Source: Chiloscyllium plagiosum
Lineage: Eukaryota
Direction of reading: 5' to 3'
Assembly (NCBI RefSeq): GCF_004010195.1
Contig: NC_057720.1
Coordinates: 22,390,197-22,454,196 of the forward strand
Length of the DNA stretch: 64,000 nt
A program made the translations under genes and the position numbers. Within the stretch, counting starts at the first letter, position 1; each line of letters opens with the position of its first letter. This document shows, piece by piece, positions 1 to 13,199 of the stretch. Under the pieces are notes generated by a model. The model was given only the letters and a program-made list of their open reading frames with translations. It was not told where the DNA came from and ran no database searches.

Positions 1-577
1 TTCCAGTCTATTTTTGTCAGTTCCTCTCTCATGCCCTCATAATTACCTTTATTCAACTGTAATACTGTTACATCCGATTTTGCCTTCTCCCTTTCAAACT
101 CCAGACTGAACTCTATCATATTATGGTCGCTACTTCCTAAGGGTTCCCTTACTTTAAGATCTTTTATAGAGTCTGGTTCATTACATAGCACTAGGTCCAG
201 AATAGCCTGCTCCCTTGTGGGCTCCATGACAAGCTGTTCCAAAAAGCCATCCTGTAAGCATTCCATGAATTCCCTTTCTTTGGATCCACTGGCAACTCAG
301 TCCACCTGCATATTGAAGTCTCCCATGATCACTGTGACCTTGCCTTTCTGACATGCCTTCTCTATTTCCCGGTACATGTTGCGCCCCTGGTCCTGACCAC
401 TGTTAGGAGGTCTGTACATAACTCCCATTATGAATTTTTTGCCTTTGTGGTTCCTCAATTCCACCCACACAGATGCCACATCATCCGACGCTATGTCATT
501 CAGTGCCATAGATTTAATTTTGTTCTTAACTAACAAGGTAACCCCGCCCCCTCTGCCCACCTCCCTGTCTTTTCGAT
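1..577 (-). mobile_element. CR1-clade LINE, ORF2 AP-endonuclease fragment (runs off the window start)
   Basis: RKDR..GRGGGV, SVWVEL, YRPPNS and MGDFN motifs in ORF 297-647, followed by a premature stop. Confidence 0.9.
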
Positions 578-2719
578 AATCCATATCCCTTTTCTTATCC
601 AATTTTATTTCTCTCAATATACACCATGGAAAAGAATCACCTTCCAATTTACATTCAACTGCATTTTCAAATTAAAAACTGACTAGCCTTTAATCATTAT
701 TAAAGCACAACATATCTGTCACAATTGATTTCCTCAAACACATATCATTTTTGATATCATAAACCCTACAACACAACAACTCTCACCCTGGCTATGCCCC
801 CTGATATGGTCTTTATCTCTGTTCCCTGAATTCCAAATTATGCAGGTTTGAATTGACATGCCATTTCCTATCAATTCCACTTGCACTACATAAGAACCTG
901 CTCTCATCTGCTAAAATTGCTTATTAACACGGGATTATCATGAAATGCAAAGATTTGTTATTTTCTCTGTTGCAAACTAATGACTGAAATCTTACTCACT
1001 GTTCCCACCCTACAATAATATATTTAAAAGCACACAGCTTTCTTCCTAGTAACTGAGATCAATATTACCCAATTAACTTTCTATTCCGCTCCCTTCTATT
1101 AGTGCACCATTGCAAACTTTCTCTAATGTTACCTCTGCCTTCACACTAGACTCACAACTTTCTCTGCCCTTCTCTTCTTTCTCCCTTCATGCCCATTTCT
1201 GAGCCCATCTTGCCAATGGGGACCACCCAGCTCCCTTAATCTTACTAACCTGCTGACTACTCAAATTTCTTTCCTGGCTTTGTGGTTCTGGAAAGATTGA
1301 GCTAATTAATTTTTAGACCACTTCACAAAAATAAACCTACAGTTATATGCCACAAATTTGAAATCCAAACTCTCAAAAAAATGCTATTAACATCACACAC
1401 TTTTTGTCAAACTGTATAAACAGTTTTCTTTCTTCAAGTTGATCACAAAGCCATGAGTTTATTCCTCTTCACTCTCTCCAGCCCAACAATTCTCCAGTAA
1501 TATCTCCACCCATCTAATTCTAGCATTCTGAGTCTCCTCAATTTACTCTCCCACTGATGACTCCTTTGTCTGCAGCCTAGCCTGAAAGTCTAGAAATCCC
1601 CCATACCTCTGTGCCTCTCTACCTCACTTTCCTACTTTACGGCAATTATTAAAACATATCTCTTGGACTACAGATTTGGCAATCTGCCTTAATATTGCCT
1701 TATGTAACTCAGTATCAAGTTTTGCTTTATAGTGTCAATGTGAAACATTTTGAGACGTTTTCTAACATCTAAATGCAATTTGTTGCTGTTCCGTCAACCT
1801 TAACAATTGTACATGATATTTTCACAAAATGGTGGACATCTTCATAAAACTAACAGCACCTCACAAAAGACCTAGTGAAATCAATGTTTTTGTTTACATA
1901 ATTTTAGTTTTGCTAAATTGCATGTATTCAGCTTCTTAGGAGTCTAACTCATCCCCATGTTCTATTTAAGGCCAGTGATGTTGCTGCTGTTGCTCCCCAG
2001 TATTGTCAAATGCCTATGCTGTTGACTGTTATTTTAACTGCCATCACAGTCCAATGAGCTCCCTTTGCTGATCATATCTACTCATGCATCCCACATGTCT
2101 GATATTACCCAATATGCATCATTTTTGACCAACTTACACTGATCAGAAGAACAAGTTGATTGTTGGTGCTGCTTTTCCCAATCACTGCCAGTCAGTGGTT
2201 GCTTTGAACTTAACTTTCTCCAGTGAATCCTGATCTTTAATTAATATTCCCCAGAGAATCTCTTATCCTTAATTAATTTTGTTGACAGAAGCATGGATGT
2301 TTATTTAATTAATATTGCAAATGCACAAAAAGCTACTCAATTTATTACCATCATACATTATTTTTGATGTTAACCTTATCCCCAATTTATTTTATTCATT
2401 TATCCCCAGCATAATCAATTTTGTTTAACACATTTGTTGCTGTTCTAGTTAAGGCTTTTTTGATGAATCATTTGTTTTCATTTAAATAACCTCTCTCAAT
2501 TCCAGTTTTATTTTTGACTACCAGATTTTTTTTTTCTGTCCCCTTTGATCTTTTCCTATTCTTTACATCAAATGTCACCAACCCTATTTTCTGTCCTCTC
2601 TCCGGTCCATTCTTCAGCATTTTGTCTGTGCATCTTCCCTATCATGCCAACTCAACCATTCAGATCCTCCTCCCCAACCCATTAGTTCCAACTGTGCTGC
2701 TGTCCCAGTGCTGATCCAG

Positions 2720-3000
2720 TGACTTTTTTTTATTCTTGGATGAGGGCATTGCTAGCTGGGCCAGAATTTATTGCCCAGAGAGTAGTTACGAGTCAGCCAC
2801 ATTACTGTAGTTCTAAAGTTACAAGTGGGCCAGAACTAGTAAAGATGGCAGCTTTCCTTCCAGAACGAACATTGGTGAACAAGATAGCTTTTTACAACAG
2901 TCACTGCCATTGGATTAGCTTTTCATCAACTAAAGTTCTGCCATCCGCTATGGCAGGATTCAAAACCACGTCCCCTAAATATTAACCTTGAGTCTTCCAT
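2720..3000. repeat. Interspersed repeat, also at ~12950-13200 and ~33240-33540 (probably a LINE/SINE 3' region)
   Basis: Shared blocks such as ATTTATTGCCCA, CACATT..GAGTC..CCAGA, GATGGCAG.TTTCCTT and GGACATT.GTGAA. Confidence 0.6.
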
Positions 3001-3669
3001 TCGTAATCTCGGGAGGTTGCATGAGAATAGTAGAAATAGAGAGAGGAGAGATGAGAGGAAAGAGAAATCAAGTAAGTTTCTTTATGAGTGTAACATCACT
3101 TTTCATGGCCAACAAATTATAATTGGACACACCAGTGAGGCAGTGAAAAGAGAAAGACATAGATTGCACAGAGACACAGGCTGATAGCCAATATTTGCAC
3201 ATGCTAATTGGATTATTTCCTTTGAAGCTATATTAACATTGTAAATGCTATGTATTAATAATACGTAAGAACTAAGTAAATAATTGTAAAATCACCAAAT
3301 TATACACTTCCATTATTTCATATTTGCTTACATTGCTTCAACTGAGGCCTGCAGAAAACTTCCACCTGGAGCCCCCAGAGACTGAATGCACTTTTTTAAA
3401 AAACATTAGCTCTGACTACACCAGTATTTCTCTGCACTTTTCCATCCCCCAGAGACCAGTGCAACCCACCTAGACAGGCATCAATCTAATTACAGTAGTA
3501 CTTGCTGACCCTGGGGCATCCTAATCGGTATGGGTGGGGAGCTGAAACGTAGGCAACCCTAACAATGTTGACAGGCAGTGGATATCAGGGCAAGTCTATG
3601 AGATATTGAGTAACTGGAGGGGGTTTAACCAGGCAGTTCCAATTCACTGAATCTGAAAGTACTTGATAT

Positions 3670-4230
3670 ATCAATGGTGCAAGTACACTCAAAGATGTGA
3701 GGTCTTTAGACAGATGAAACTGGATCTGGTTAAAGTGGTGCTGATAGTGGGATAGAAGAGAGATTTATTTTGAAAGCCACTGAGGTGAGAATGATGACTT
3801 GTGAGAGTACTGGGGAAGGAGTTGCTAAATGTTACAAGTAGAATTCCTAATGGGATGAGAACTGTGGAAGAAAATTGTAGTATCTGGCAGCTCCATTGCA
3901 TTGGGGATCGAGGAGCAATAAGAGGTGGAGGCAAGAGGTCTGAAATGCTATTAACATCACACACTTTTTGTCAAACTGTATAAACAGTTTTCTTGTGGAG
4001 GCAAGGGGTCTGAAATGTGGATGAGTGTAAGGGAGGTACGAAGCATGCAAACAAAGGCTGCTACTCAACAGATACACTGGGGAAAGAAAACAGTATATGA
4101 AACTGGGAAGTTGCAATGTTTCAGAGGCCTGGAAGAAGCAACAGTTTTTAAGGTGAAGGAAGCAAATGAGCAGGAAGCCCGTTTTCCATGATTGCTTTCC
4201 TGGCATTAAGCTAAGAAACCTGTTCAATTT
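3670..4230 (-). mobile_element. Old, degenerate LINE fragment (possibly L2 clade)
   Basis: Purine-rich plus strand and a decayed endonuclease-like frame. Weak recognition only. Confidence 0.35.
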
Positions 4231-5914
4231 ATCTAAGATGCTTAATGGGCTTTGACTCTAGTAGAAGGAAGTATATGCCAAAAAAGCAATTAGTGGAAAT
4301 CCACGTTTTCCAGATAAGATCTATAGCTATGTTCCTGGCCATCTTGAGGGAGTTGGTTTTAAATCCAATAAAACGTTGGCTTGATAAAAGGATAGTAAAA
4401 ATGTTCAGAACAAGAAAGCAGTTTCTGGACCACAGCCAGGAACACCACTTTTGATTTTGTTTTCCTCGTTGTAAGCAGCAAAGAGAGAAAACATGGGAAA
4501 CCATACGTTGGGCAGGCAGAGAGTATCAGAACATAAATCACAGAGGTAGGAAACCAGAACTCAACTGGGTCATTTGAAATTAGGGCTGATTTTATACAGA
4601 CTGCATTTTTTGCTGCAGCAAGAACATGAACCTATAGCACAGAGATCACACAGTTATAGCATCGATGTAATTGTTCTTGTAGAGCGAATAAAATCTTGCT
4701 AAGTATTATGACCTAATTTCTTAAATCCTCAAGCCTTTAAAAATTAAAATAACAGGCTGAAATTGTCAGCTAAACTAAAATGTCCTTAATGGACTATTTA
4801 GATTTACATGCAACAAGTGTCAGTGAAAGAAAAAAATTGCCATCTGTTCCTTTAGTTTCAATGTATTTCATTGTTAATATTTCCCAAAGCTTTCACTATT
4901 GTCAAGGTCATTATTAATGCTTGGCTGAGTTTTAATATTACAATAGTACTTACAATAGCAGGATGGAGCTGAGATCATATTTTGATTGATGGTTGAAAGA
5001 GGTGTTGGAAATTGTTTTAAAAAACTGAATGTTCCGACTATTCAGTGGAGAGTATGAGATTTCATCTAACAACTATTACAGCAGTACTTAACTTTCCAAA
5101 CATCTTGCACAGGAAAACAAAAGGAAGAATTATTCAAAACACAGAGGGCACAATGCACATTGAACTAGTGTCAACAATTTATCTGGTACTAAGTGTACTT
5201 TATTTACAATGTGTTGCTTTTGAAACTAAGAAGTTATTGTTTTCAGAAGAAATGAAAAGCAATGTTCAAAAGGGGCTGGGCAAGGGGACAACAGCTATCC
5301 AACATCATGAGTAGTGCCACTTGGTCATCTGGCAAAGGGGTTCAGATTATTGAATGATACAGCTACCTACCTCTCGAAACACAATAGAACACGTGCTCGG
5401 GGCAGAAGGGAGTTCTCATTGTGGAGTTCACAAGTAGCAATTCCATTCAGGAAGATTTTATTAAATGTGAAAGGGTTCAGAAAAGATTTTGGAGAGTTTG
5501 AGCAATAGGGAGAGGCTGAATAGGCTGGGAGGACTCAAGGTTTAAAAAAGATGCACCACCAAAGATCAAACTGCCCTGGGAAATAATTGCCACATGGTAA
5601 TGTTACAATTTTCCAGGAGGCAACCTCCCAGTTGACCACACTCACACCTGCTGTACTCTTAGGGATGGTGGGCAGTTCCTTGATGCTACCAGCCCAATGC
5701 TCATTGGCTAAGATTAATGGCAGCCCCCATCAGGAGAAGTGGGCACTTCTGAGCCAGGTTAGATACAGTAAGTTCACCTCAACATGGAGGCTTTGCAGGC
5801 CTGAAGCAAGGGTTCAAAGCTGTTGGGTTTCTGAGTGCAGACAGGAAACATCTCCAAATGGTACTCACTGAGCTGGCAGCTTCTGCACATTGCAGAGGGA
5901 AGGGGTCATACAAA

Positions 5915-6300
5915 TATATAGAGCAAGAGTAGGCAATTCAGCCCCTCAAGCCAGCTCCACTTTTAATAAGATGATGGCTGATCTGACTGTGATCCTAAAT
6001 CCACATTCCCATGGATCCCCTTGATAATGTTTTACCTCCTTGTTTACCAAGAATCTATCTGCCTTTGCCTCAGAAATAATGAAGAACTCTGCTTCCACCA
6101 TCTTTTCAGGGAAAAAAAAGTTTCCAAAGGCCCATAAACGTTTGTTTGTGGTTATAATTGGGTGACTCCTTAAATAGTGACCACGGTTCTGGATTCTCCC
6201 ACAACAGGAAATATTCTCTACACGTCCAAACTGTTAAGAGTCCTCAGGATTTTCAATCAAGTTGCCTTTAATCTTCTGAACTCCGGCAGACACAAGCCCA
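5915..6300 (-). mobile_element. Old CR1 LINE 3' end
   Basis: Reverse-complement CR1 3' UTR signature GAGTAGGC.ATTCAGCCC..AGCC.GCTCC, shared with 13200, 34465, 40170 and 52570. Confidence 0.7.
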
Positions 6301-6346
6301 GATAAGGGTTAGCTCAACAGGTAGTAGAATGCACAAAACCATCTCT

Positions 6347-6982
6347 CATAGAGTCATAGAGATGTACAGCATGGAAACAGACCCTTCGGTCCAACCTGCC
6401 CATGCCGACCATATATCCCATCCCAATCTAGTTCCACCTGCCAGCACACGGCCCATATCCCTCCAAACCCTTCCTATTCATATATCCATCCAAATGCCTC
6501 TTAAATGTTGCAATTGTACCAGCCTCCACCACATCCTCTGGCAGCTCATTCCATACACGTACCACCCTCTGCGTGAAAAAGTTGCCCCTTAGGTCTCTTT
6601 TATATCTTTCCCTGAACCCTTTCAAGTTTCACAACATCTTTCCGATAGGAAGGAGACCAGAATTGCACACAATATTCCAACAGTGGCCTAACCAATGTCC
6701 TGTACAGCCGCAACATGACCTCCCAACTCCTGTACTCAATACTCTGACCAATAAACGAAAGCATACCAAACACCTTCTTCACGATCCTATCTACCAGCAA
6801 CTCCACTTTCAAGGAGCTATGAACCTGCACTCCACGGTCTCTTTGTTCAGCAACACTCCCTAGGTCCTTACCATTAAGTGTATAAGTCCTGCTAAGATTT
6901 GCTTTCCCAAAATGCAGCCCCTCGCATTTATCTGAATTAAGCTCCATCTTCTCAGCCCATTGGCCCATCTGGTCCAGATCTC
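6347..6982 (-). mobile_element. CR1 (HER1-like) LINE 3' fragment with an internal deletion
   Basis: LYRTLVRPLLEYCVQFWSP and FFTQRVVRVWNELP peptides plus a (CATAGAGT)n tail. About 215 bp are missing relative to the 10432 copy. Confidence 0.9.
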
Positions 6983-6990
6983 TAATTGGA

Positions 6991-7205
6991 AGGAGAAAGT
7001 GACATCTGCAGATGCTGAAGATCAGAAATAAGAGTGTGTTGCTGGAAACGCAGAGCAGGTCAGGCAGCATCTAAGCAGAAAGAAAATTGATATTTCGGGC
7101 CGGAGTCCTTCATCTTCCTGATGAAGGCCTCTGGCCTGAAACATCGATTTTCCTGCTCCTCGGATGCTGCCTGACCTGCTGTGCTTTTCCATCAACACAT
7201 TCTCA
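6991..7205. mobile_element. Penelope-like element terminal repeat, inverted (hairpin) arrangement
   Basis: GCTGGAAA.GCA.AGCAGGTCAGGCAGCATC followed by its reverse complement. Same sequence as the termini of the RT-bearing PLE at 22170-24187. Confidence 0.8.
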
Positions 7206-7442
7206 ACAACTACCTCTAATTGGAGCCTTGCGCATATTAGTTGGTTGCTTTCCTCCGTGTAACAGGCAGTTAATGCAATTGTCAATCTACCCCAGCAATG
7301 GGAATGCAACCAGGATACATCTCAATATGGTTGCTCCCCATTCTCACTCTTTCCCACAGCCAGCCAGTACACAGCCAGAAAAGTTCACTCCAGTGTTGCT
7401 TTTTTGTTATTTTCTAGCTCCGTCTTACAGTTATAGTTACAG

Positions 7443-7754
7443 GGGCAGCATGGTGGCTCACTGGTTGGCACTGCTGCCTCACAGCGACAGGGACCCAGGT
7501 TTGATTCCCGCCTCAGGCGACTGTCTGTGTGGAGTTTGCACATTCTCCCCATGTCTGCATTGGTTTCCTCCCACAATCCAAAGATGTGCAGATCAGGTGA
7601 ATTGGAAATGCTAAATTGCCCATAGTGTTAGGTGCATTAGTCAGGGGTAAATGTACAGTAGGGGAATGGATCTGGGTGGATTACTCTTCGGAGGGTCAGT
7701 GTGGACTTGTTGGGCCTAATGGCCTGTTTCCATACTGTCGGGAATCTAATCTAA
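7443..7754 (+). mobile_element. HE1-type tRNA-derived SINE (V-SINE)
   Basis: A/B-box-like head (TGGCTCA.TGG, GGTTTGATTCC), V-domain GTGGAGTTTGCACATTCTCCCC, CR1-like tail and (AATCT)n end. Confidence 0.9.
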
Positions 7755-10431
7755 TATTTGTCCTCTCTTGCTTTTTCTTTTATTTTATTTTCTCAGCCTT
7801 GTTATTTTCTTCTTTTCTGTTAGATGTTATAAAATACAATAGTTTCCTCAGCACACCCTAACAATGTTAAGGTCTGAAATGGTCAATACTGAGGATTGTG
7901 TTAAGCTCCATCTCGTATGATGTCATGTAGTCTTTGTTGGAGAGTAGATTAGGATCTCGAAGGAGTGTGACCCACCATCTAGGTGCTCCTTATAGTTTCT
8001 GTAACAATATCTCTTACATCAATGCTAATTTGTAATAAACTCCATCTTCTTTAAGACAGGACTTTTTTTTCCACCAGTTTTCCTCTGTCATAGTAGACAA
8101 AAATGGTACTACAGAACCCAACCTAAAGGAGTTTGATGACAACATTACAGTGATCAGGAATCCAGATAGCTCATACAACATAAGCAGTGATGGGGAGTCA
8201 TCACACAACATGGTGGCAGTGTTTCAATTTGGCACAGGATTTACCTACCCCATGGTAAGCAACAGTGAAGACAGGCTCCAACCACATGGCTGTTTGCAAT
8301 GAGGCCTGGTCATTTATGTTCTCTCTAATATTTCCAGCCATTGCATGGACTTCCATTGTCCATACATGGCAGTGACTTCCCGAACCAAATGTCAATGTTG
8401 TCTGCATGATAATCAGTTGCATGGAACCCTTGAATAGCTATACATCTGCACAGTTTAGAGGCAGCTTTGCTACTCATACAATGCGAAGGAGCCTTCAACA
8501 TTTATTGGTTGCACTGAAGGTGAGAGATTGCAGAGAAAATCAACCCATCTGCATCTCCTCTTACCTTCCATCTCCCAATCACTTGTTTACTCATCCTTTT
8601 ATTTCCACTGCACTTCCACCCATGTCCACTTAGCACCCATTTCTCCACATGTCACACCCTCACTCTCAACACTGACATCACCTTTCCCCCTCTGAGCTAC
8701 GTACTCAACCATTATTCCCCTTTTCCACTTTATTGTGCTGTTATTCATCACATCATTTAACCTCCATCCACAGCCCCAAGCAATGAATCTACAACAAGCC
8801 AGATGTCCCCTTATCCTCTGCCGGTTTCTCTTCCTTTCTTTCACTTCCCACCCCACATCTCCATCTGTTCCTCTAGCTTTGCTTTCAAAGTTCTGTTTTT
8901 TTGTAATCAAGTATTTAGGGAACAGAACATCCACTTTCTCTTTCTATCTTTGCCTCCTGCAGTCTCTTAAGTGTCACTGGCCGCTCCTGGGGCAACAAAA
9001 TGTGAGTGTGGTAATTAGCTGGTTTTCTTTATTCAACATTTTCTTTTGAAGGACTGAAAATGGCACATGATAAATGGCACTAATTCTCCCTTTCACTCCA
9101 TCTCTTTATCTCGCTCAGCATTCTCTCTCCTCTGATCCCCTGAAATTTATGGAATGGAACAGAAGATATTGTATCATTCATTTCTTCTCTGTCACAAAGC
9201 CTTTTTGCTTCTGAAAATGTAACACTCTACAATTTTTATCTTGGGAAAAAATTGATATTTAGTCTTCTATCTCATAAATGACACTTAGAAACTTTTGCTC
9301 AAAAGCAAAAGACAGATATCTTGTGTTGCTGACTGAAACATCCAGGAAAGTCAGGTTGACTGCACATTGAGATACACAATCCAAATTCAGCTCAGCAACA
9401 CAGCTCAGATCAAACATGTCTGTTCTAGACTCGCCAATTTGTGCTAGCTGGTCACTGGGTTCCCACTGGTCTATAAAAATTCTTCTCTCCTGCCTTTCAT
9501 TACTTTGCAACTGAAATTCCAATAAGCAATTTTTTTTTTAAAAACATTCACAGTACCAAAATTAAACCTGTTAATTAGATTGACTTTCATGTCTTTAAAT
9601 GCCTTCAATAAAGTTCTTATGTGAAGTTCTTATTTCTTTAAATGACTCATTCATTGTCCCATTAGGGATAACAACTTAACGACAGACTCATTTCATTCAG
9701 GACAACCCATTGGAACATCTGGTTCCCTTTTTTGTTGAAATGACTCCAGTCTTTCCATCTGTTAAAGTAACAGCAAGGATGTATGCAGCTGAAATAATTT
9801 CACGATAGGCTGTTAGAGAATAAGTGTTAAAAAAAATGAATACAGCATTCTATGACAGTGACAGTATGGAATGCTGGAGACAGGTTTGCCTACTTGTGAC
9901 TCAGACCAAATTCAAATTCATATTGACAAAGGAAAAATGTCTTCTTCATTATTTTGCAGCATGCCAAATTTCACTGACCATCTTAAAATTTCTGAAGTGG
10001 CATTTTCTTATTTGTCCCTGTTCTTCTATAACAACACAGTAATGATGATTAAATGGTTAGCTCATTGGCTATGTCAGGCCCACTATACGAATGCTATTGT
10101 CAGAATTGGGAGTACATTTGGAAAACCTCAAAATTTATGCCAACCATCACAAGATGCTGTAGATGGATTTCTTTGTCAATTGAAACAGTCAATACACTGC
10201 GCCACTGGTGAAGCGTCAAATATTGTTTCTTGCTTTTGAGCTCCACCCATCCCCAGAGTATTCTGTCAAGAATGTTGTCATTAGCATGTATAAGTCTGAA
10301 TTAACCATGACTTGCTAGACTGTATTGCTGAAGAATGTAATTAACTGTCGGAAAACCATCACTTGATTTTTGGTAGAGCAGAACTGATTTTCCAAGTATT
10401 ACTGCATCATGTACATTCCTGATTTCTTTTA

Positions 10432-11122
10432 GAGTCATACAGTCATAGAGATGTACAGCCTGGAAATAGACCCTTTGGTCTAACCTGTCCACGCCGACCA
10501 GATATCCCAACCCAATCTGGTCCCACCTGCCAGCACACGACCAGATATCCCTCCAAACTCTTCCTATTCATATACCCATCCAAATGCCTCTTAAATGTTG
10601 CAATTGTACCAGCCTCCACCACATCCTCTGGCAACTCATTCCATACACGTACCACCCTCTGCGTGAAAACGTTGCCCCTTAGGTCTCTTTTATATCTTTC
10701 CCCTCTCATCCTAAACCTATGCCCTCTAGTTCTGGACTCCCCCACTCCAGGAAAAAGATTGTGTCTATTTATCCTGTCCATGCCCCTCATAATTTTGTAA
10801 ACCTCTATAAGGTCACCCCTCAGCCTCTGACGCTGCAGGGAAAACAGCCCCAACCTGTTCAGCCTCTCCCTAGAGCTCAAATCCTCCAACCCTAGCAACA
10901 TCCTTGTAAATCGTTTCTGAACCCTTTCAAGTTTCACAACATCTTTCCGATAGGAAAGAGACCAGAATTGCACGCAATATTCCAACAGTGGCCTAACCAA
11001 TGTCCTGTACAGCCACAACATGACCTTCCAACTCCTGTACTCAATACGCTGACCAATTCACTATCCTATCTACCTGCGACTCCACTTTCAAGAAGCTATG
11101 AACCTGCACTCCAAGGTCTCTT
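10432..11122 (-). mobile_element. CR1 (HER1-like) LINE 3' fragment
   Basis: 192-aa ORF matching the CR1 ORF2 C-terminus (LERVQKRFTRML, RLRGDLIEVYKIM, TRGH), with a (AGTCATAG) tail. Confidence 0.92.
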
Positions 11123-11231
11123 ATTCCCCAACTGATGTCTGTGCCTTCAGCTGGGCAGACCCTCAGCTCTGGTACCCTTTCCAGTATCTCTTTACCTCTC
11201 CTAGGCCTCTCTTTAAAAACTAACTCTTTCA

Positions 11232-11715
11232 GTCATTTAGAGACATACAGCATAGAAACAGACTCTTCCATGCTGAACATAATCCCACACTAAGCTAGTT
11301 CCATCTGTCTGCTCCTGGTCCATATCCTTCCAAGCTTTTCCTATTCATGTATCTATCCTAATGTCTTTTAAATGTTGTGATTGTACCCACATTCACAATT
11401 TCCTCAGGAAGTTCATTCCACACACAAACCACCCTCTGTGTAAAGGTTTTGCCCCTCATGTGATTTTTAAATCTCTCTCCTATCACCCTAAACATGTGTC
11501 CCCTTGTTTTGAAATCTCCCATTCATAACTACTATAAACTACACCTGTTATTATTTTGTAAGCTCCAACAGGTAGCCTCTCAACCTCCTGTGCTCTCGTG
11601 AAAAAGGTCTCAGCCTCTCCAGCCTTTCTTTATAACTCAAACCTTCCATACTTGGCAACATCCTGGTAAATCTCTGCTGAACCCTCTCCAGCTTAATAAT
11701 ATCCTTCCTATAACT
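11232..11715 (-). mobile_element. Older CR1 3' fragment, interrupted by an HE1 SINE
   Basis: Diverged similarity to the adjacent CR1 copy. Confidence 0.8.
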
Positions 11716-12002
11716 GGGTGGCTCGCTGGCTCAGTGGTTAGCACTGCTGCCACACAGAACCAGGGACCTGGGTTTGATTCCCACTTTGGCAACTGTCTGG
11801 AGTTTGCACGTTCTCCCCATGTCTGTTTGGGTTTCCTCCCACAATCCAAAGATGCACAGATCAGGTGAATTGGCCATGCTAAATTGCCCATAGCGTCAGG
11901 TACATTTAGTCAGGGGTAAATATAGGGTAAGAGAATGGGTCTGGATGGGTTACTCTTCGGAGGGTCAGTGTGGACTTGTTGGGCCAAAGGTTATCTATCT
12001 AA
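11716..12002 (+). mobile_element. HE1-type SINE
   Basis: Same head, V-domain and tail as the 7443 copy. Confidence 0.88.
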
Positions 12003-12037
12003 CCAACACTGGACATAGACTTGTCTTAATATCTTTG

Positions 12038-12249
12038 TCTGAAAATGTGTTGCTGGAAAAGCGCAGCAGATCAGGCAGCATCCAAGGAGCAGGAGAATCG
12101 ACGTTTCAGGCATGAGCCCTTCTTCCTGAAGAAGGGCTCATGCCCGAAACGTCGATTCTCCTGCTCCTTGGATGCTGCCTGACCTGCTGCGCTTTTCCAG
12201 CAACACATTTTCAGCTCTGATCTCCAGCATCTGCAGTCCTCACTTTCTC
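12038..12249. mobile_element. Palindromic mini Penelope-like insertion with 13-bp TSD
   Basis: 87-bp inverted arms (12039-12125 / 12128-12214). TSD CTTAATATCTTTG at 12025-12037 and 12250-12262. Confidence 0.88.
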
Positions 12250-13199
12250 CTTAATATCTTTGGCCCTGTGTCAATTTTTTTTTCTAGTTATGTTCCTGGG
12301 AAGAACTATTAACAAATCATGATAAATAAATGTAGTTGTTTGTGGGCAAAATCCTTCAGATATTCGACATTATTTTTAAATGAAAATTTGCCAGCTTTAC
12401 CTTATATTATATCCGACCACCTAATATATATATAAGAAACAAGGAGTCATAAATAAAATAAGAGCTAGGTTACAAGGAAAAACAGATGAAGGCTGGAGGC
12501 ATAAGGACCAGATTTTGTGTAATTTGTCAAAGGACTTGAATCTCCCTCCCAGCAATCATGCTTGTGTTATGCAATGCGTCCCCTTATTTCATTTAAGTAG
12601 TTGGTTTTGTGAAAGCTGGCTTCTTACATAAACATATTTGCCAAAAATAAATCATAAACTGAAGTAAGCAAATCAAAGCAAAGGGGAGCTTGAGGTATTC
12701 AAGTTTGATATTAGAACAGCCGCAAACTCAGGACAGTCGCTGTTTGGTGTATTCAAGAAGGTAGCTCATATCTCTCATTTGATGGACCACTGGTTAGGGA
12801 TTTGTTCAGAAAATCCATGATAGAATATCTGTGATGAATCTGGGCAAATGGACATTTCCAGTCCTGCAGTTTAAAATATTCCTCTCGATGTGCCTCACAC
12901 CAGTACTCAATTCTAACACTAAAAATAATGGCCATGTAACTACTCATATATTATTCATTCACAGGTTATGGGTATTGCAGGCTGGCCAGCACTTATTACC
13001 CATCACTAATTGCTTTGATGACAGTTGAATCAACCACAGTGCCTTGGGTCTGGAGTCGTATGTAGACTAGACCAGTAAAAGATGGCAGATTTCCTTCCTT
13101 AAAGGACATTAATGGAACACACTTTGACAAAAATCAACAGTGACCACATGGTCACTATTAGACTTCAAATATATTCCAGATTTTTTTCAAAACATTGAA

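Noticed and set aside
8014..8633. Cluster of short ORFs suspected to be a transposase or nested gene
   Set aside because: No motif could be recognised with confidence; at most a heavily decayed transposon relic.
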